A stretch of DNA of 64,000 nt from the NCBI RefSeq assembly GCF_006345805.1, contig NC_043017.1, forward strand, positions 26,474,001 to 26,538,000, in the 5' to 3' direction. Position 1 is the first letter of the stretch. The number at the start of each line of letters is the position of its first letter. Source of the DNA: Octopus sinensis (taxonomy: Eukaryota). The position numbers were made by a program, and so were the translations under genes. The notes beneath the pieces were generated by a model, which saw only the letters and a list, made by a program, of their open reading frames with translations, was not told the DNA's origin and did no database searches. This document shows positions 35,768 through 51,575 of this stretch, one piece after another.

Positions 35768-36242
35768 CAGGTTATATCAAAGAAAATCGAGTGAAATAAG
35801 TTAATATTTTTACGTTATACCATAGTATATGAACAACACACTAAAACCCCCCAATACCAATGCAATTGGTAAAAAACAACAACATGAACATGAGAATATA
35901 TTCTTTTTAAGCGTTTTATATAGAAATTAATTATTGATATGTCGTTCATGCATTACTGGAGGACGAAAGGGAAATATAATTAGCTTTGTTGAAATCGGGA
36001 TTGTCATGGCAATGCTCATAGGACTGGTGTATGAAATCAGGAGTGTCACCTGCAGAAGCATAATTGTCAACACGTTCCATGATTCTTGTAATAATGAGAA
36101 TCATACGTATGTCCGTACATATATAAATATACACATTCACTCACACAAACACAGTATATATATATAGATATATAGATTATATATACATTATACACATGTA
36201 TAATATATAGATATATAGATATATATATATATATAATAATAG

Positions 36243-36278
<36 letters not shown>

Positions 36279-36343
36279 GCATTATATATATATATGCATA
36301 CATGTATGTATTAGAATAATTGTCTATTTCACAATCTATGCCT

Positions 36344-36382
<39 letters not shown>

Positions 36383-37708
36383 GTACGCACGTAAATAAAC
36401 ATATACATACTTATATGTTATATATATATATATGAGTGTATATATATATGTGTATATATATACACATATATGTATGTATATATATATATAAATATATATA
36501 TATACATATATATAGAATATATGTATATACACACCACGCAATATATATATATACTATGTACATATATATATATACATATTCACATATATGTACATATGTA
36601 TATATATATATACTTATATGTATATATTTATATATATGTATATATATATATATCCGGACTTATATGTTCATTTTACACATATGCACGTATATAAACACGT
36701 GTATATGCACGCTTATAAACACTCACACACACACGCACACACACACACACACACAGAGTTTTATATACCTGTAGATACTTTCATTCATTCTTTTAGCCAT
36801 CTCATGTATTATTCAACAACAACATTAAATAAGCATCATTAGCACTTTGAACAATTCCGATCACTTTAAAGACAAAATGGTCTAACGCTATGTGGCAATG
36901 GACGTTTTACAAATGACCTTAAGGTATTCGTAAATATGGTACAGATTGAAGACATGAGAAGGAAATATAGCATGGACTAATTCAATAATATATCAATAGA
37001 AAATAATACAATATATATATAAAATATCAATGATAACACAACATGGATATAGATACATCTCGACTTCGAAAACAGCATGGCGATCGGAAATGCAATTATC
37101 GGAGCCTTTCTGTGTATATTTTCTGGTTATTAATGGATCGAGGCCAATGATTCCTACGATTAAAGAGTAAGGAGGAATAAATTGTCGAGAGGGACTTTTA
37201 TGGAACGTGTACGTAGGCTTAGAATGTAAAGGAAGCGAGTGAGCGATTGCGAGGGAGCAAGTGGAAGAGCATTAGGAAGAGCAAGGATGTGAGCTGAGCA
37301 TTGCGTGAAACGAGGTTTTAGAATAACTTGATAAATAAATAATGTTCAGGAAAAATAGCTACAACAGAAATGCATAATTATGAAATGGGAGCAGTAAATA
37401 TATATACGCCTTTGTATATATATTATTGTGTATGAGTGAGACAAACGTTTTCTGCATGCTGTTTTGCACATGGTGCCGTTATTAGGAATATCTGTAGGTA
37501 AGTGAATATTAGTTTATAATATAGGGTAGGTATATTCAATTCTAATCATGTTAGATTTATTCAGCTGGATGATAATTTGTCTATCGTATGATCATGATCA
37601 GTAGAGAACATCTTAAATGGAACAGATATATATTATATATATATATAGATATATATATATATAAATAAATATATACATATATAAATACATATATACATAT
37701 ATAAATAA

Positions 37709-37744
<36 letters not shown>

Positions 37745-37890
37745 CTATATATATGATATATACATATATGAATACATATATAGATATGAATACATATATA
37801 TATATGAATATATACATATATATGAATATATATACATACATATGTAGATATATATATATATATACACATACATATGTATATATATATATA

Positions 37891-37931
<41 letters not shown>

Positions 37932-37959
37932 GAACATATACATATATATATATACATAC

Positions 37960-37990
<31 letters not shown>

Positions 37991-38076
37991 CTATTATATA
38001 TATATATGTATATATATTATATACATATGTATGTATATATATAGACATATGTATGTATATATATATATATATGTTC

Positions 38077-38107
<31 letters not shown>

Positions 38108-38656
38108 ATATATATCATATATATATATAATGTAGAAACTAGTCGTATTCATAGAACATTAATACGGCTATTGTAGAGATGAAATGAAATATTGCAAACA
38201 ATTATATATCATCTTGTGTTGTCATCACAGGAAATTACCTGGATGGGAGTAAAACAATATTTAGAATTAAAGAAAAAAAAAAAGGATTAGAGATGTATAC
38301 AAACTCTGATGGTTTTCATTGTTTGTAATTGAGACACTAGTTACAATATTGACGAATATCATTAAAATTTGTATTATCTTTATTTTGGAACAGCTTTGAA
38401 ACATCAGAAAGTATATTCGATTCTCTAACGAACACAATGGAAGATGTATTCTTTCAGAAGTGTTGTAGGAATAATAGTCGTCTTCTATGGTTCCCTTTCA
38501 CAGTACACGACTATAGTTATTACATTGCATCACTGAAATATTCAAATTACCAAGCAAATATCTAGTTTGCATATCAATGCGTAGATCACTGCTCTAGCGG
38601 GAATAATTTCATATACTACTGGAATTTTCTAACCATCTATACAATACCGGACTTAC

Positions 38657-38690
38657 CTTCCAATGGCGTCAAAACGCCCTTATCTGCCAT
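38657..38690 (-). CDS. Candidate minus-strand start exon (MADKGVLTPLE)
   Basis: aaaATGG context and AAG|gtaagt donor; no partner exon found. Confidence 0.2.
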
Positions 38691-38718
38691 TTTTCCTTAA
38701 TGATATCATCATCATTAT

Positions 38719-39106
38719 GAGGTCGACTTTGCCTTTCATCCTTCGGGATCGATAAATTAAGTACCAGTTACGCACTGGGGTCGATATAATCGACTTAATC
38801 CGTTTGTCTGTCCTTGTCTGTCCCCTCTGTGTTTAGCCCACCCTGTGGGTAGTAAAGAAATAGGTATTCCCATGACGAACTAAACCGAAAGTCGATAGTT
38901 ACAATTTCTCTCCCCGCGGGTTTGGCGTAAGTAGAGACGTATCAGCCGAAGACTCACGAGTCTTTGGCGTTCGTCGCTGAAACTGGGAATGACTCCGATA
39001 CACTGCAGAATACGTCGCTGACAGACGTGCATGGCACGTGACGCGGCGGACTCAATCGGAGCCGGCTTAAGCCCTTGTGGGTGAATATCGATACAAGACA
39101 ATACAA
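38719..39106 (+). mobile_element. SINE B unit plus element X composite
   Basis: Same junction as 7140/7141. Confidence 0.8.
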
Positions 39107-39404
39107 GGAAATTTGTAGTTCAAAAGTGAGCGGTGTTTGAATTCGTGACGTTCTGTGATAGTTTCATGCGTATAAACCGTTAGTTTTAAAGGGAGAGATT
39201 TAAACAGAGATATATAAGCGTGAACTGAAAGGTCCGTGCGTAATTTCTGAGTGGTTTATGAATTTAATAAAAACGCAGGTGGCATGTGTACCTGCCTATA
39301 TATTCAATAGAATCACAGAAGAAATTTATACTGTACTAACGATAGATCGTTTCTTTTACCACAGGTTATTGCAAACATACATATATATTTATATACATAT
39401 ACGT

Positions 39405-39526
<122 letters not shown>

Positions 39527-39585
39527 TAGATATATATGCATATAGATACATATGGTATAACATGTATACATATATACACACACAC

Positions 39586-39629
<44 letters not shown>

Positions 39630-40849
39630 AGGGGAGAATGATATTAATCAACTAAAACCAGAGGCTTAGCATATTAAAAAAAAGATTAAAAATTGTGTTA
39701 CATACAAAATAAAGAGGAATGAAAACTAAAGTGGACATCTAATATGTATGTAAATATAAATATATGTATATATATATTATATATAAATATATATATATAG
39801 ATAGATAAATATAAATATATATATAATTATATTTATGTATAATTCATATATGTATATTTATATATATATACACATACATATATCCATAAACTGATCATGC
39901 ATATACACTTTTATACATGATATTCTTCATATATGTATCATATATGTAGATATTTTGGAAGTTACTGATTTAGAAATATATAATATGTGTATGGACATAT
40001 TTGTGTTATTGATTATTATGTATCTATCTATCTATCTATCTATTGATATATATATATTATATATATATATATATAATATATTATATTATATATATTTTAT
40101 TATTTATTGGTGCATGTGTATGTGAGAGTGACTGTGCGTTTAATTTTCATTTATATACTCATATTCTGTATTAGACATATTTGGTATGTATATGTCCTAT
40201 ATGGAATCATGTGGGTGGATGTGATCTGCATGTATATAAATTTGTGTTTTTCTGTTATTTTTTGTACAATATCGAATTTGACGATAAAAATTACAGACAA
40301 AGAAAAATCCAACACAGAAATCACATAACAAAAAAAACATTGAATCAATATATACAACACAATCAATAAATCAATACTAGCTGAACTTTTTGAAAAACAA
40401 ATATTAAAAGAAAAACAAGCCACAAAACAACGAACATAATATTAACCGGGATGAATCTTCGCATTAGAGGAGCGAAACCATTGTCAAACATATTTCGACT
40501 TGGGTTCACCTGATGGCAATAGGATTGGCTTCGGATTACGTTACAGAGCAATCTAGATATGTCTTATTTGAAGCAGAAAACAGCGTTACCGTGCACAACG
40601 TTATTTTGTACGTAATTATTTTGGTATTTCGTTTCGTTGTTTTGTTTGTTTCCTAGGAATATTTCATACATGACTGACTGCAGTATGGATTGCAATTGGT
40701 TGGTGCATAACATTTGCGTAGTGTTATGCAACGCGGAAAATAACCCCCACATGTGCATCTGTTTGCATGCTGCAGTATAGGTATATAATACACATAGATA
40801 ATTACGCAAACACATGCACACATATTATATGCAAATGCACGTTCGTATC

Positions 40850-40889
<40 letters not shown>

Positions 40890-40932
40890 TATACATACAT
40901 AATATATATATGTATATATATACTTAATATAG

Positions 40933-40997
<65 letters not shown>

Positions 40998-42696
40998 CAT
41001 TTATATAATATATATATTATATATATACATAATTATATATACATATATATATAGAGAGAGAGAGATAGAGAGAGGGATATGGAGAGAGGGAGATACTGAG
41101 AGTAAGTGAGTAGGGAAATTTTGAGAGGCGATAGATAAGCACATACATATATATATTGTTCATACATACACACACATATGTAAATATATATATATATATA
41201 TATACATATATAATATATATAATATAGATTATATATATATATATTATGTTCATACATACACACATATGTAATATATTATATATATATATATCTATATATA
41301 TATATATATATATATATTTGCATGTATGTAGGCAATGAGGGTACATGTAAGATAAGGAGAGCGTCATTAAAATATACGATTAGGGAAACAGTCACGTTGA
41401 TGCACGCTGTGTGCATGTGTGTGCGTATCTAATGTGAGCGCTTATTAGTTTTGTATATTCAGTCACGTGTCCCTCTCATACACAAGCACATGTATTTACA
41501 TACACGGCAATATAAATATTAGTATATCTATATTCCACTCGTTTCATGCTAACGTATGAATACGTATCTGCGTTTGTGGTCGTACGTACCTGAGTGTGAT
41601 TTCCAGGTATGCATAAAAAGAGGAAAAAATAACACTTACGACTAGAAAAACATATACCGAATATATTGAATATGGAAGAAACCAAATTGCAGCGTAGTTA
41701 TCTAATCATTTAATGTAAACAGTACTTGTTTTGTAACCAGCATATTTAGATTCTAATATTTCTTATTTCTTTTTCTCATATTTACCATGGTATTTATCAA
41801 AATATCACTGAGTGGGATTGCTGGAATAATAAGCAAAAAAAATGAATATTTACAAACTGCAACATTTTATTGACTGTTTATGTAAACTACAAATCGCAGT
41901 TTTGCATTACAAGTTAGTTAAATATTTGATCTCAATTTTACATCCATTTAGTAGGAGTATTGAAACATACACATCTCATATGCTTCGTATAATACCTAAT
42001 TCTGATCTTTTGCGAAACGCGATATTCTTTTTAACCGAATAAATACAAAGAACTTGAAATGTAGCAAGGAATTTATAGTGTTTGTTTATTTTGAAAGTTA
42101 TTGTCGATAACATTATAAACGGTGACAATCAGTACAGGTACTATTTCAGTTGATTATATTATATTGGGTTGTTCAGAATATTATATTGGGTTGTCCACTG
42201 TCCGAGACAGTGCTAACCTCGTGAACGACTTTTGTGTTCACGGATACACTACACAATCATATTAGATTAATTGTTCTTGTCATTCAAAGGTTTAACCCCT
42301 GCGCTATAGTTTTACGTTGATTGTGAAATGAGATTTACTTTAAGGTCACATTTTTGTGGAGAATATCCGAACAATACACAAGTTATATAAAGCTCCAAGT
42401 TTTCCGGTTTTTCATAAAAAAACGTCAATGAAACATCGCGATCTTCGTGACTTCGAATCGCACGTGGTATAATTTGTAATGCCTTTGTATACCCTTAATA
42501 AATTTAGTTTGAAAATAACTCTGTTTATGCGTATGCTTTTTACTTCAAAACCAGTCCTAATTCCAGAGAGCAAAAAAATACAATTGAAAAGAAACAAATT
42601 TATCGGTCGTAATCCTTCTCTTTTAATATTGAACAGAGAGTTATATTTTTAGATACGTTCAAATTAAATGTCTTGAATGTCATGTTTAAATTTATT

Positions 42697-42860
42697 GCAG
42701 GCGTGGCTGCGTGGTATCAAACTAACTTCCCAACCACGCGATTCGTGGTTCAGTCCTACAGCATTGGGTTTAGGCAAATATTTTCTACTGTAGCCGCGGA
42801 TCGACCAAAGGCTTGTGAGTGAATTTCATTGACGGAACCTGAAAGAAACCTGTCGTATAT
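42697..42860 (+). mobile_element. Old SINE family A 5' half
   Basis: Degenerate head match. Confidence 0.65.
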
Positions 42861-45539
42861 AATATTATATATATATTATATATTATGATATTATATATAT
42901 ATATACATATAAGGTGCATCCCGTTATGAACGTAGTAGTGTAGAAAATAGAGCTCATTCAACGTTAGAATTACCAAGTATCTTGTTGTGTTACGTTATAG
43001 TTTCAAGTATAGGTTTAGTCATTCTTTGGGTGAGAGAGTAAAATTGAATAAAATATAGTGAATAAGAAGGAGTACGAAGAGAGAGCCTTTTCAAGCTATT
43101 TCATAAACTCTACACATGTTTCAATGCAACATAAATCCACATATTCACAGGATTTAGATTAAGCAACGGTTTACCTGTATAATGGGATTCAGTTGTATTT
43201 TCTCATGTGATATACAATTCCTGTCCCGTTTGTAAACCTTTGACTTTGATGCTAAAACATACAACTGGCTCATTTGATATCTGGTTGAAGCTGGCATTTT
43301 CATTCCATTCGCTGTCAACGTGCTTCTGCACGCTCGACATTTTCCTTCGTTAAAGGGTTTAAATAGTGCAGTCCTACAACATTACAATCTGAAAAAAAAA
43401 TACTGGATATTCATAAACAAAATCCCTTTTAACTGAGGTTTGATTTCTGAAATGAGAAAACCGACTGAAAACCGTATTATCACCAAAATTAATCCGGTTA
43501 CTACCATGCTAGAAATGTGAAAACTATGTTCTTATCATATTTAATTCGAATAAAAAAAAAACAAGAAATAAAATAGATGAGATATAATACGTAACGCTGT
43601 CCTAAGTTTAGAAAACGATTTGTATATTAGTTTTGAATGAACGGGTTTATCATAACAATGCAGGATCGGATCTGAACAGGGCTAGGAAAATACAACAGTC
43701 TTCATTCGAACAATGATATATTTAATACGTGTAACTCTGATGAGGATACCAAGTAAAATAACAGGAATTGCGACATTTATAATAATATTAACTAAGATAT
43801 AAGATGAAAGAGATATATACATGTATAATGTATCGTACTAATGAAGATAAATTATGCATATTAACACAGTATAAAATACATGTTTTCATTTATAGACAAG
43901 AGGAAATTGGGGAAAGTCTTTTTCTTGAATGCCTCTTACCTTCTGTAGTGCAAATAAAGAATCTTAAGCTTAATGAAAATATTAACATTCTTTTATTTCG
44001 TCTCTCTGTCTTTACTCTCTATCTATTTTTGTTCATTACTTACTGACGGACAGGTAATATTTCTTTATATGTCTGCGTCATAATTACGTACTCTCAATCC
44101 TGAACAAGAGGTGATTAACATACATTGATACAAATATTAAATTAGGCGTCAACGGAAGTTCGTTCAACGTTCCATTATTTGAAGTGAGAAGTAATTTGCT
44201 GAGAAACCAACGTCGTATAAGGAAATATTACGCTGAAATATTATATTAGATATCAGAAGAATTTCAAGTTAACCAAGACAACTCGCTTTCTACTTATACT
44301 AAACAAATGTAAAGACGAGACTACGTTAGGTGGTGAAAAGTAAAATATTCATCCGCACATTTAAGTATAAATAGTTATAAATAAAGGTTATAGACGCGCA
44401 CGCCCACATTTACATACTTACACACACATGCACTCACATAGTGTAAGATTTATAACTTGGGCGCGCGGAGCACTTCAAGTTCGGTGGGCTCCTAATGTAC
44501 CGAATGAAAATCCATGAAAAATTACACTAATTAGCCCATTAATTTGAAATGCATCATCAATACATCGGATTTTATCTATAATAAGTACAGCGAATTTTAC
44601 CAACTTAATGCATAATGGTACACCACTAGAAAGGAAAAATATGTTCATTCTACAGGTACTATCTGAAAATGTTTAACTGATTTCTTCAGATGCTATCATA
44701 TTTGTAATACTAATTGCGGCATCGAAAACGTATTGAGTATGTAGTTTGTATCTGTCATTTTGATTTTTTGATAATTACCCATCGGTTCCAAGTTAATGAA
44801 GGCCTCTCTCTCGAGCTGGTAGTGACTTCGAATGTGCCATACCCTGATCGATAAGTTATCCTGGGCTTTGGAAGGTGACAAAGAATTTATTGAAAATAGC
44901 ATGGAAATCCCTGCATTTAATTCCTTCTCGTGCAGAAATGACAACTTCTTCCGAGGATGTTTCTAGATTCTCTATCTTAATTTTATCGCTTGTCTCCACA
45001 AATGATCCTAGCATCTGGTTCGAAATCTTCATATTTATCCTAATATGATGTCATAATGTTTTCCAAGGAATCAGTTAGATGCACCAATTTATTAAGATCA
45101 ATCACAACTCTTTGAGAAATTTTATTGTTAGCCCGAACACAAAATAAATTCTAGATCTTAGCAGTTTCAAGACGGCCCGCATGAACGACTGACTTTGAAA
45201 TAATTTACATGTATGCCACGAATTTCACGAAATTGATATGAATAATGTTTTATCCATTAAGACAAGGTAGATAACTTTGACATTTTCAAAGACGCGACAT
45301 TAACTTGATGAAAATTTCAAGAAATCGACTTTATTATATAATATTGCATGAAACATGGTTTAACCGCGCTTCAAGTTTTCAAGATAAACCCTTCTCTCTA
45401 TTACGGGAACATGGCCTGAGACATTTTAAAATGGCACTAATCGTTTAACTAGTTTTTATTTCTCCCTCTCCTCTTTCTACCCCTCCTCTTCCCCTCTTCT
45501 TCTTCCTTCATATTGAAAATGTCATTCTTGAACCTCCTT

Positions 45540-45692
45540 CCCCAGGGGTCACCACCACTCCTGCCGGAGCCTTGTGGAGCTTTTAAGTGTTTTCGCTCAA
45601 TAAACACACACAACACCCGGTCCGGGAATAGAAACCACGATACCCCGACCGCGAGTCTGCTGCCCTAACCACTGGGCCATTGCGCCTCCACC
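45540..45692 (-). mobile_element. SINE family D 5' part
   Basis: ccctaaccactgggccattgcgcctcc. Confidence 0.8.
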
Positions 45693-46620
45693 TAAGATTG
45701 TAATATTGACCTACATTTAGTTACATACGATCGCCTTCTTTTACGTTTCATTGTGTGCGACTGCTTTCTCTTCACATGTTTACCTGTATTAACACTTTGC
45801 TTATAGTGTTACCTGTTGTCTTCATACGTTGATTCTATTACTGAACGTAATGCTATGTAAATCTCGTAAGGTATTTGTTTTGCTCTAGGCTCGAAGATCG
45901 TAGCCATAAATGATTGCTTCATCTGCTTCCATTGTTGAATGTATTACAGAACTTGATTTTGCTGGGGAAGAAATCCGTGTCATAAAGTGATACTGTATAT
46001 GTTCCCATACTTTTTGTTTGACATATTCTCCTCCAGGTTGATAACACTTCTATTCACTTACCGTTTATATTCTTTCCCTGTTGCTGGAGTCACATTGTGC
46101 ATCATCTCTATACACGAACACCCAACGGCAGCAGCAACCGCTTCATTAATTCCGGCAGGATTCATTGGTACTTCATTGGTGTAGTTGCTCAAAGCGGTAA
46201 GCAGTTATTGATCTTGTTACTGGTGCTAATAATAATGTTGACTTTTGCGTCCGGCATTAGCACTTACTCATTCTGACAGAAACTTCTGTTACTAATTTCT
46301 GCGCGGCTCTGATATCATGAAGAAAACTACGAATTGCAAAGTAATTTAGATTTGCCCGCTTCGGAAATGAAGTTCTTAGTACTACAAGTTATACTGAACG
46401 TTTATTTGGATTTTGTTTAACTGTTATTATATATATAATAATAGATATATAATATATATATTATAATATACTATATAGATATATATTATTATATTATATA
46501 TACTATATATAATATATATTATATAATATATAATATATATATATATATATACTAATATATATATACTAATATATATATTATATATATATATATATATAGA
46601 TATATATATGTACATATATA

Positions 46621-46840
46621 TAAATTAATCAAAATAAAAACATGATGCAAGGATTCAGCGGTACATATGTTTCGGGCCTTTATTGACGGATTTATAACAA
46701 TGCATAATGTGTGTCTATGGCCTTCTTCACACATTAGAAGCCATAGACACAATATGCATTGTTAGAAATCCGTCTAATAAAGGCCCGAAACATATGTACC
46801 GCTGAATCCTTGGAATCATGATTTTATTTTTGATTATTTA
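46621..46840. repeat. Fold-back inverted repeat, ~104-bp arms
   Basis: Perfect 36-bp run 46649-46684/46776-46811; ~11-nt loop. Confidence 0.9.
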
Positions 46841-46914
46841 CTCCACCACCTACACCACCAAACGGTATATACAGGTGCTTACAATTATCAAGTGAGTACT
46901 GAATTTCTGTATAT

Positions 46915-46945
<31 letters not shown>

Positions 46946-47562
46946 TATATTTATAAAATATTCATGCTGACACACACACACATATGTATATTCATTAATC
47001 AATTTAATATTTATATGAGTGATGTATGAGGTCTTACTGTGATTTTTGAAGTTCCAGCATTACGTTGACATGAATAATTTCAAAGATTCATAATGTCTCC
47101 CATTGGGATGTGTTGATTTAATAAGTTGTAACAATGAATAATTACTTCTAATGCGGTCAGATTCCATGCAAATTAGGAGAGGGTTTCAATCAATACCATC
47201 GGCTCTAGCAATTAAATAACATATTAATATTTCTCCACCTGGAAAGGATGAAACGTGCAATAGACGTCAGCAGTATTTGAACGCAGAACTTCTTGAGTGA
47301 GTTTGAAGAAATGTTGTCAGGCTGCTCCCGACGTTCAAATATTTCCTCCATTTTAGCAATCATTTCGACTGGTATCAATTTTGAATAATTGAAGACTCGT
47401 GAATTTTACAGGACTTTTGCGTTTGTCGATACATAGAGACAAATTACATCTCAGGTGGTAAACGTTGCTTGGTGGATTCAACAGATGGGAATTCGCTACA
47501 GCCAGCAATAAGGATTAAAACGATTAGGTATAGCAATATATTTATAATGCATCAACATTGAT

Positions 47563-47943
47563 GGAAGCACTCCGTCGGTTACGACAACGGGGGTTCTGGT
47601 TGATCCGATCAACGGAACAGCCTGCTCGTGAAATTAACGTGTAAGTGGCTGATCACTCCACCGACACGTGTACACTTAACGCAGTTCTCGGGGATATTCA
47701 GCGTGACACAGAGAGTGACAAGGCCGGCCCTTTGAAATACAGGTACAACAGAAACAGGAAGTAAGAGTGAGAGAAAGTTGTGGTGAAAGAGTACAGCAGG
47801 GGTCACCACCATCCCTGCCGGAGTCTCGTGGAGCTTAAGGTGTTTTCGCTCAATAAACACTCACAACGCCCGGTCTGGGAATCGAAACCGCGATCCTCCG
47901 ACCGCGAGTCCGCTGCCCTAACCACTAGGCCATTGCGCCTCCA
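47563..47943 (-). mobile_element. SINE family D, full length
   Basis: Consensus match; tgcatcaa repeated on both flanks. Confidence 0.9.
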
Positions 47944-48111
47944 CTGCATCAATGTTAATAACACTTTAGTCGAGCGTGCAGTAGAAACCAAAGAGGCAAG
48001 AACATCTCAAGTGGGGTAGATTCTAAATCAAAGTGAACTGAATCCCATATTTGTACTGACGAAGGAATATGAAGTTTTTTTGTTAATGTCATTCATTATG
48101 AAAATGTAAAA

Positions 48112-48590
48112 AGGACTGTGAGCTGGCAAATCGTTAGTACACCGGGCAAAATGCCTTGTAATATTTCGTCCGTCTTTACGTTCTGAGTTCAAATTCCGCC
48201 GAGGTCGACATTGCCTTTCATCCTTTCGGGGTCGATGAAATAAGTAACAGTGTAATACTGGGATCGATGTAATCGACGTAATTCCTTCACTCAAATCTAA
48301 GGCCTTCTGCTTCCAGTAGAAAGGATTAATAAGACGTAATCACGCCCTGTACCTTTAATAGAAATGATTATCTGCACACAATACGTGGCGAGCTGGACAC
48401 AATAGGCAGCGAGCTGGCAGAATATTTACAATGCGTTCTGAGTTCAAATTCCGCTGTGGTTAACTTTGCCTTACATTCTTCCGTGGTCGATAAAGTAAGT
48501 ACCTGTTGAGCACTGGGATCGACTCAATCGACCTATCCCCCCACTCAAAATTACTGGCTTTGTCTCAATGCTTGAAAGCTTTATTAACAC
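48112..48590 (+). mobile_element. Two older SINE family B copies with the alternative tail
   Basis: Head and core at ~48112-48330 and ~48386-48590. Confidence 0.75.
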
Positions 48591-48639
48591 ACCATTAATT
48601 CAAAGCATAGATGTTCAGCTAAAGCTGAAGTATGATAAA

Positions 48640-49218
48640 AATATTCTTTTTTACTCTAGGCGCAAGGCCCGAAAATTTTGGGAAGGCGGCCAGTCGATCA
48701 GATCGACCCTAGTACGCATATTGTTCTTAATTTATCGAACACGAAGGGGAAAGTCGACCTAGGCGGAATATGAACTCAGAATGTAAAGACAGACGAAATA
48801 CCTACCTCTTTACTAACTACAAAGGGCTAAACACAGAGGGGACAAACAAGGACAGACAAAAGGATTAAGTGGATTATATCGATCCCAGTGCGTAACTAGT
48901 ACTTAATTTATCGAACCCGAAAGGATGAAAGACAAAGTCAATCTCGACGGTATTTGAACTCAGAACGGAGCGGCAGACGAAATATCTATTTCTTTATTAC
49001 CCACAAGGGGCTAAACACAGAGCGGACAAACAAGGACAGACATAGGTATTAAGTCGATTACATCGACCCCAGTGCGTAACTGGTACTTAATTTATCGACC
49101 CCGAAAGGATAAAAGACAAAGTCAACCTCGACGGAATTTGAACTCATAACGGAGCGGCAGACGAAATACCGTTGAGCATTTCACCAGGCGTGCTAACGTT
49201 TCGGCCAGCTCGCCGCCT
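48640..49218 (-). mobile_element. SINE family B three-unit tandem array
   Basis: aaata(c/t)c junctions at 48796, 48980 and 49164 (period 184). Confidence 0.9.
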
Positions 49219-50047
49219 TAATATGATGCACATTTTACTAATTGCCATATTTCTTAGGCAATAAAAAGTGTACATACCGAATCCAAGATGTTGCAAACCG
49301 TATTTATTTACAATTCTATACTTTTTCGCACGAATGAAACGAAGACTTGTATTAGTATCATTATTCAAACACCATTAATTCCAAATGCAGGTGTTAGACT
49401 ATAGTCGAAGTCTGATCATTATTATACTAATGGTCTTATCTCTATGACAATATTTTCTTCTTACATTCAGTACTACTGTTACCATGTTCTTCATCAAGAT
49501 TGAATCACTGCATTTGCTGTGGCGATGTTTTAAATTCTAATTCTACTTCATTTCGGTTCATTAAAAAAATATATATATTTCTGTGTTTCTTTGTATTGCT
49601 CTGACGTTTTAAAGAATATTCTACGAATTTGAAAGAGCCATAAAATACCATCAGAGAAGAAAGTAGGAAAAAAAAATTGATATCGAAGCAAACTTTGAAA
49701 ATCTATTCGAATTTTGGATCACATATTTTCAGTTATTTTTTGGGAAATATTAGGATATTTCAGCATAATATATGTTAGATTTTTTTGCTGCTTTTAAAAC
49801 AAAATCTAAAACGTAACAAGTTAAATATATATATATCTATATGGAGAGAAATGAAATATAAGCTGAAGCAAGTCAACATTTGCTGAACATTAAAAAAAAA
49901 ATATTACAGGACTAATGTTTTAATATGATTATGAATTTGCATTCATCTATCTATATATTTCCATCTTTTTCACTTGCCCGGTCTCTCTCTAAGACACATT
50001 ACATATATACAGATATGTATTCATGAACATTATATATACATATACAT

Positions 50048-50137
<90 letters not shown>

Positions 50138-50622
50138 GTTATTGCAAACGCTAAATCTTTTTCTCTTAGTAACAATGTACCCAGTTTACTGCAAAAATAA
50201 ATGGTTGCTAATGCAGGTGTGAGTTTTACGACCATTTAAAACTTTATCGACAAAAATGTTAATGCTACACTTTTCGGAATCAAAGAAAGAGAAGACTTTC
50301 GGAAAAAACGAGGTTTATTTAGGGAATGGTAAGTAAATATGATGCAATTTAAGCTACAAAATTATTGGAAGCGGCGTAAAGATATTTGCATATTCTAACG
50401 TGTAATATTATACAATCACCACCAGAGCTACCGCCACCAACACCATCATCAAGCATCACCCCCACCCCCACCATTATCATCTTCATTATCATCACCTTTG
50501 TCGACGTTGTCAAAGGGAGTATATTCAGATTAAAGTCGATTATATAACACGTGCATATATTTTACTAAGAGTGTTTTTGCATATTTTATATTTTACTTCT
50601 GTATCATACATTATATGACTGG

Positions 50623-50658
<36 letters not shown>

Positions 50659-50659
50659 A

Positions 50660-50899
50660 TAATAATATTAGGGAGTAAATCCAATCTTACAGGGAAAAAT
50701 TAGATTTAGGATTAAATCTAATTTCATAGTATAAATATATATCATATTAAATTAGAGATAAAACCACTATCAGGCAAATCAAACAGTGAAAATCATAAGT
50801 CAATACATAGAAATAAAATCAAATATAAAATATAAAATTCCAAATTAAAATATTTAAATTAAAGTTTGCCTAATGGTTGTTTTATCTCTAATTTAATAT
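50660..50899. repeat. Fold-back element inside (TA)n
   Basis: Arms 50744-50778/50865-50899; ttagggagtaaatccaatcttacagg end shared, inverted, with ~31400-31445. Confidence 0.75.
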
Positions 50900-50930
50900 A
50901 ATATATATATGCACACACACACACACAGAC

Positions 50931-50961
<31 letters not shown>

Positions 50962-51039
50962 TATGTATATATATAACATGAGGTGGCTTCAGGGTCAAGG
51001 TTTTGACTGCTATTTCAGCATGGGGGTATCTCTCAGATA

Positions 51040-51575
51040 CCTTAATTTATAGTTTTGAATAATCATTACCATATGTCTTATATTCATTCTGGACTAGTGT
51101 CGTACATTGACTGGCAATATGCTCTACGGCTTGACTATTTTGTCATCAAATTCTGCACTAATAACTTTCTGGTGTATTGTTTATTCTGTATTTTATGTAG
51201 TTGTCCTTAGTGCTTACTCTGAAGCAGCACAGATTACATACTCCGCTTCCAGTTTTAAATCACGTTTGTCATCCACAGCCATCGTCTTCTTCTCTGTTTG
51301 TCTTATCTTCAACATACCTGTGAAATTGTCCATGCATTCTTTTCTTTACCCACCTATTTTCAGTTTCATTCGTTTTCAATTGCTTGTATAGTGCTCTATC
51401 TTTCTAATCTTTCATCCCACGCAAGCCTGACCTTCTTACTTCTAATAATAGCGGTTCTGCTGAATTTTTTCACATACCATGCTATCTTATTTTCTTCTGC
51501 TCTAATGCTGTACTAGCATTCAGCAAGTCCTTTTCCAACTCTGTTTCTTGGTACACACAGTCTGTCTTTGTCACT
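51040..51575 (-). mobile_element. Decayed R4/Dong-like LINE C-terminal fragment
   Basis: MHGQF and DLKLEAEYVICAASE*ALRT on the minus strand. Confidence 0.65.

Noticed and set aside
44054-44110. 57-nt segment after a long pyrimidine tract
   Set aside because: Stops in all three frames
44520-44560. Homeodomain-site cluster TAATTAGCCCATTAAT
   Set aside because: Expected by chance in AT-rich DNA without conservation data
50217-50328. Strong donor G|gtaagt at 50328 (and others at 37497 and 54386)
   Set aside because: No convincing acceptor giving an open frame; left unassigned
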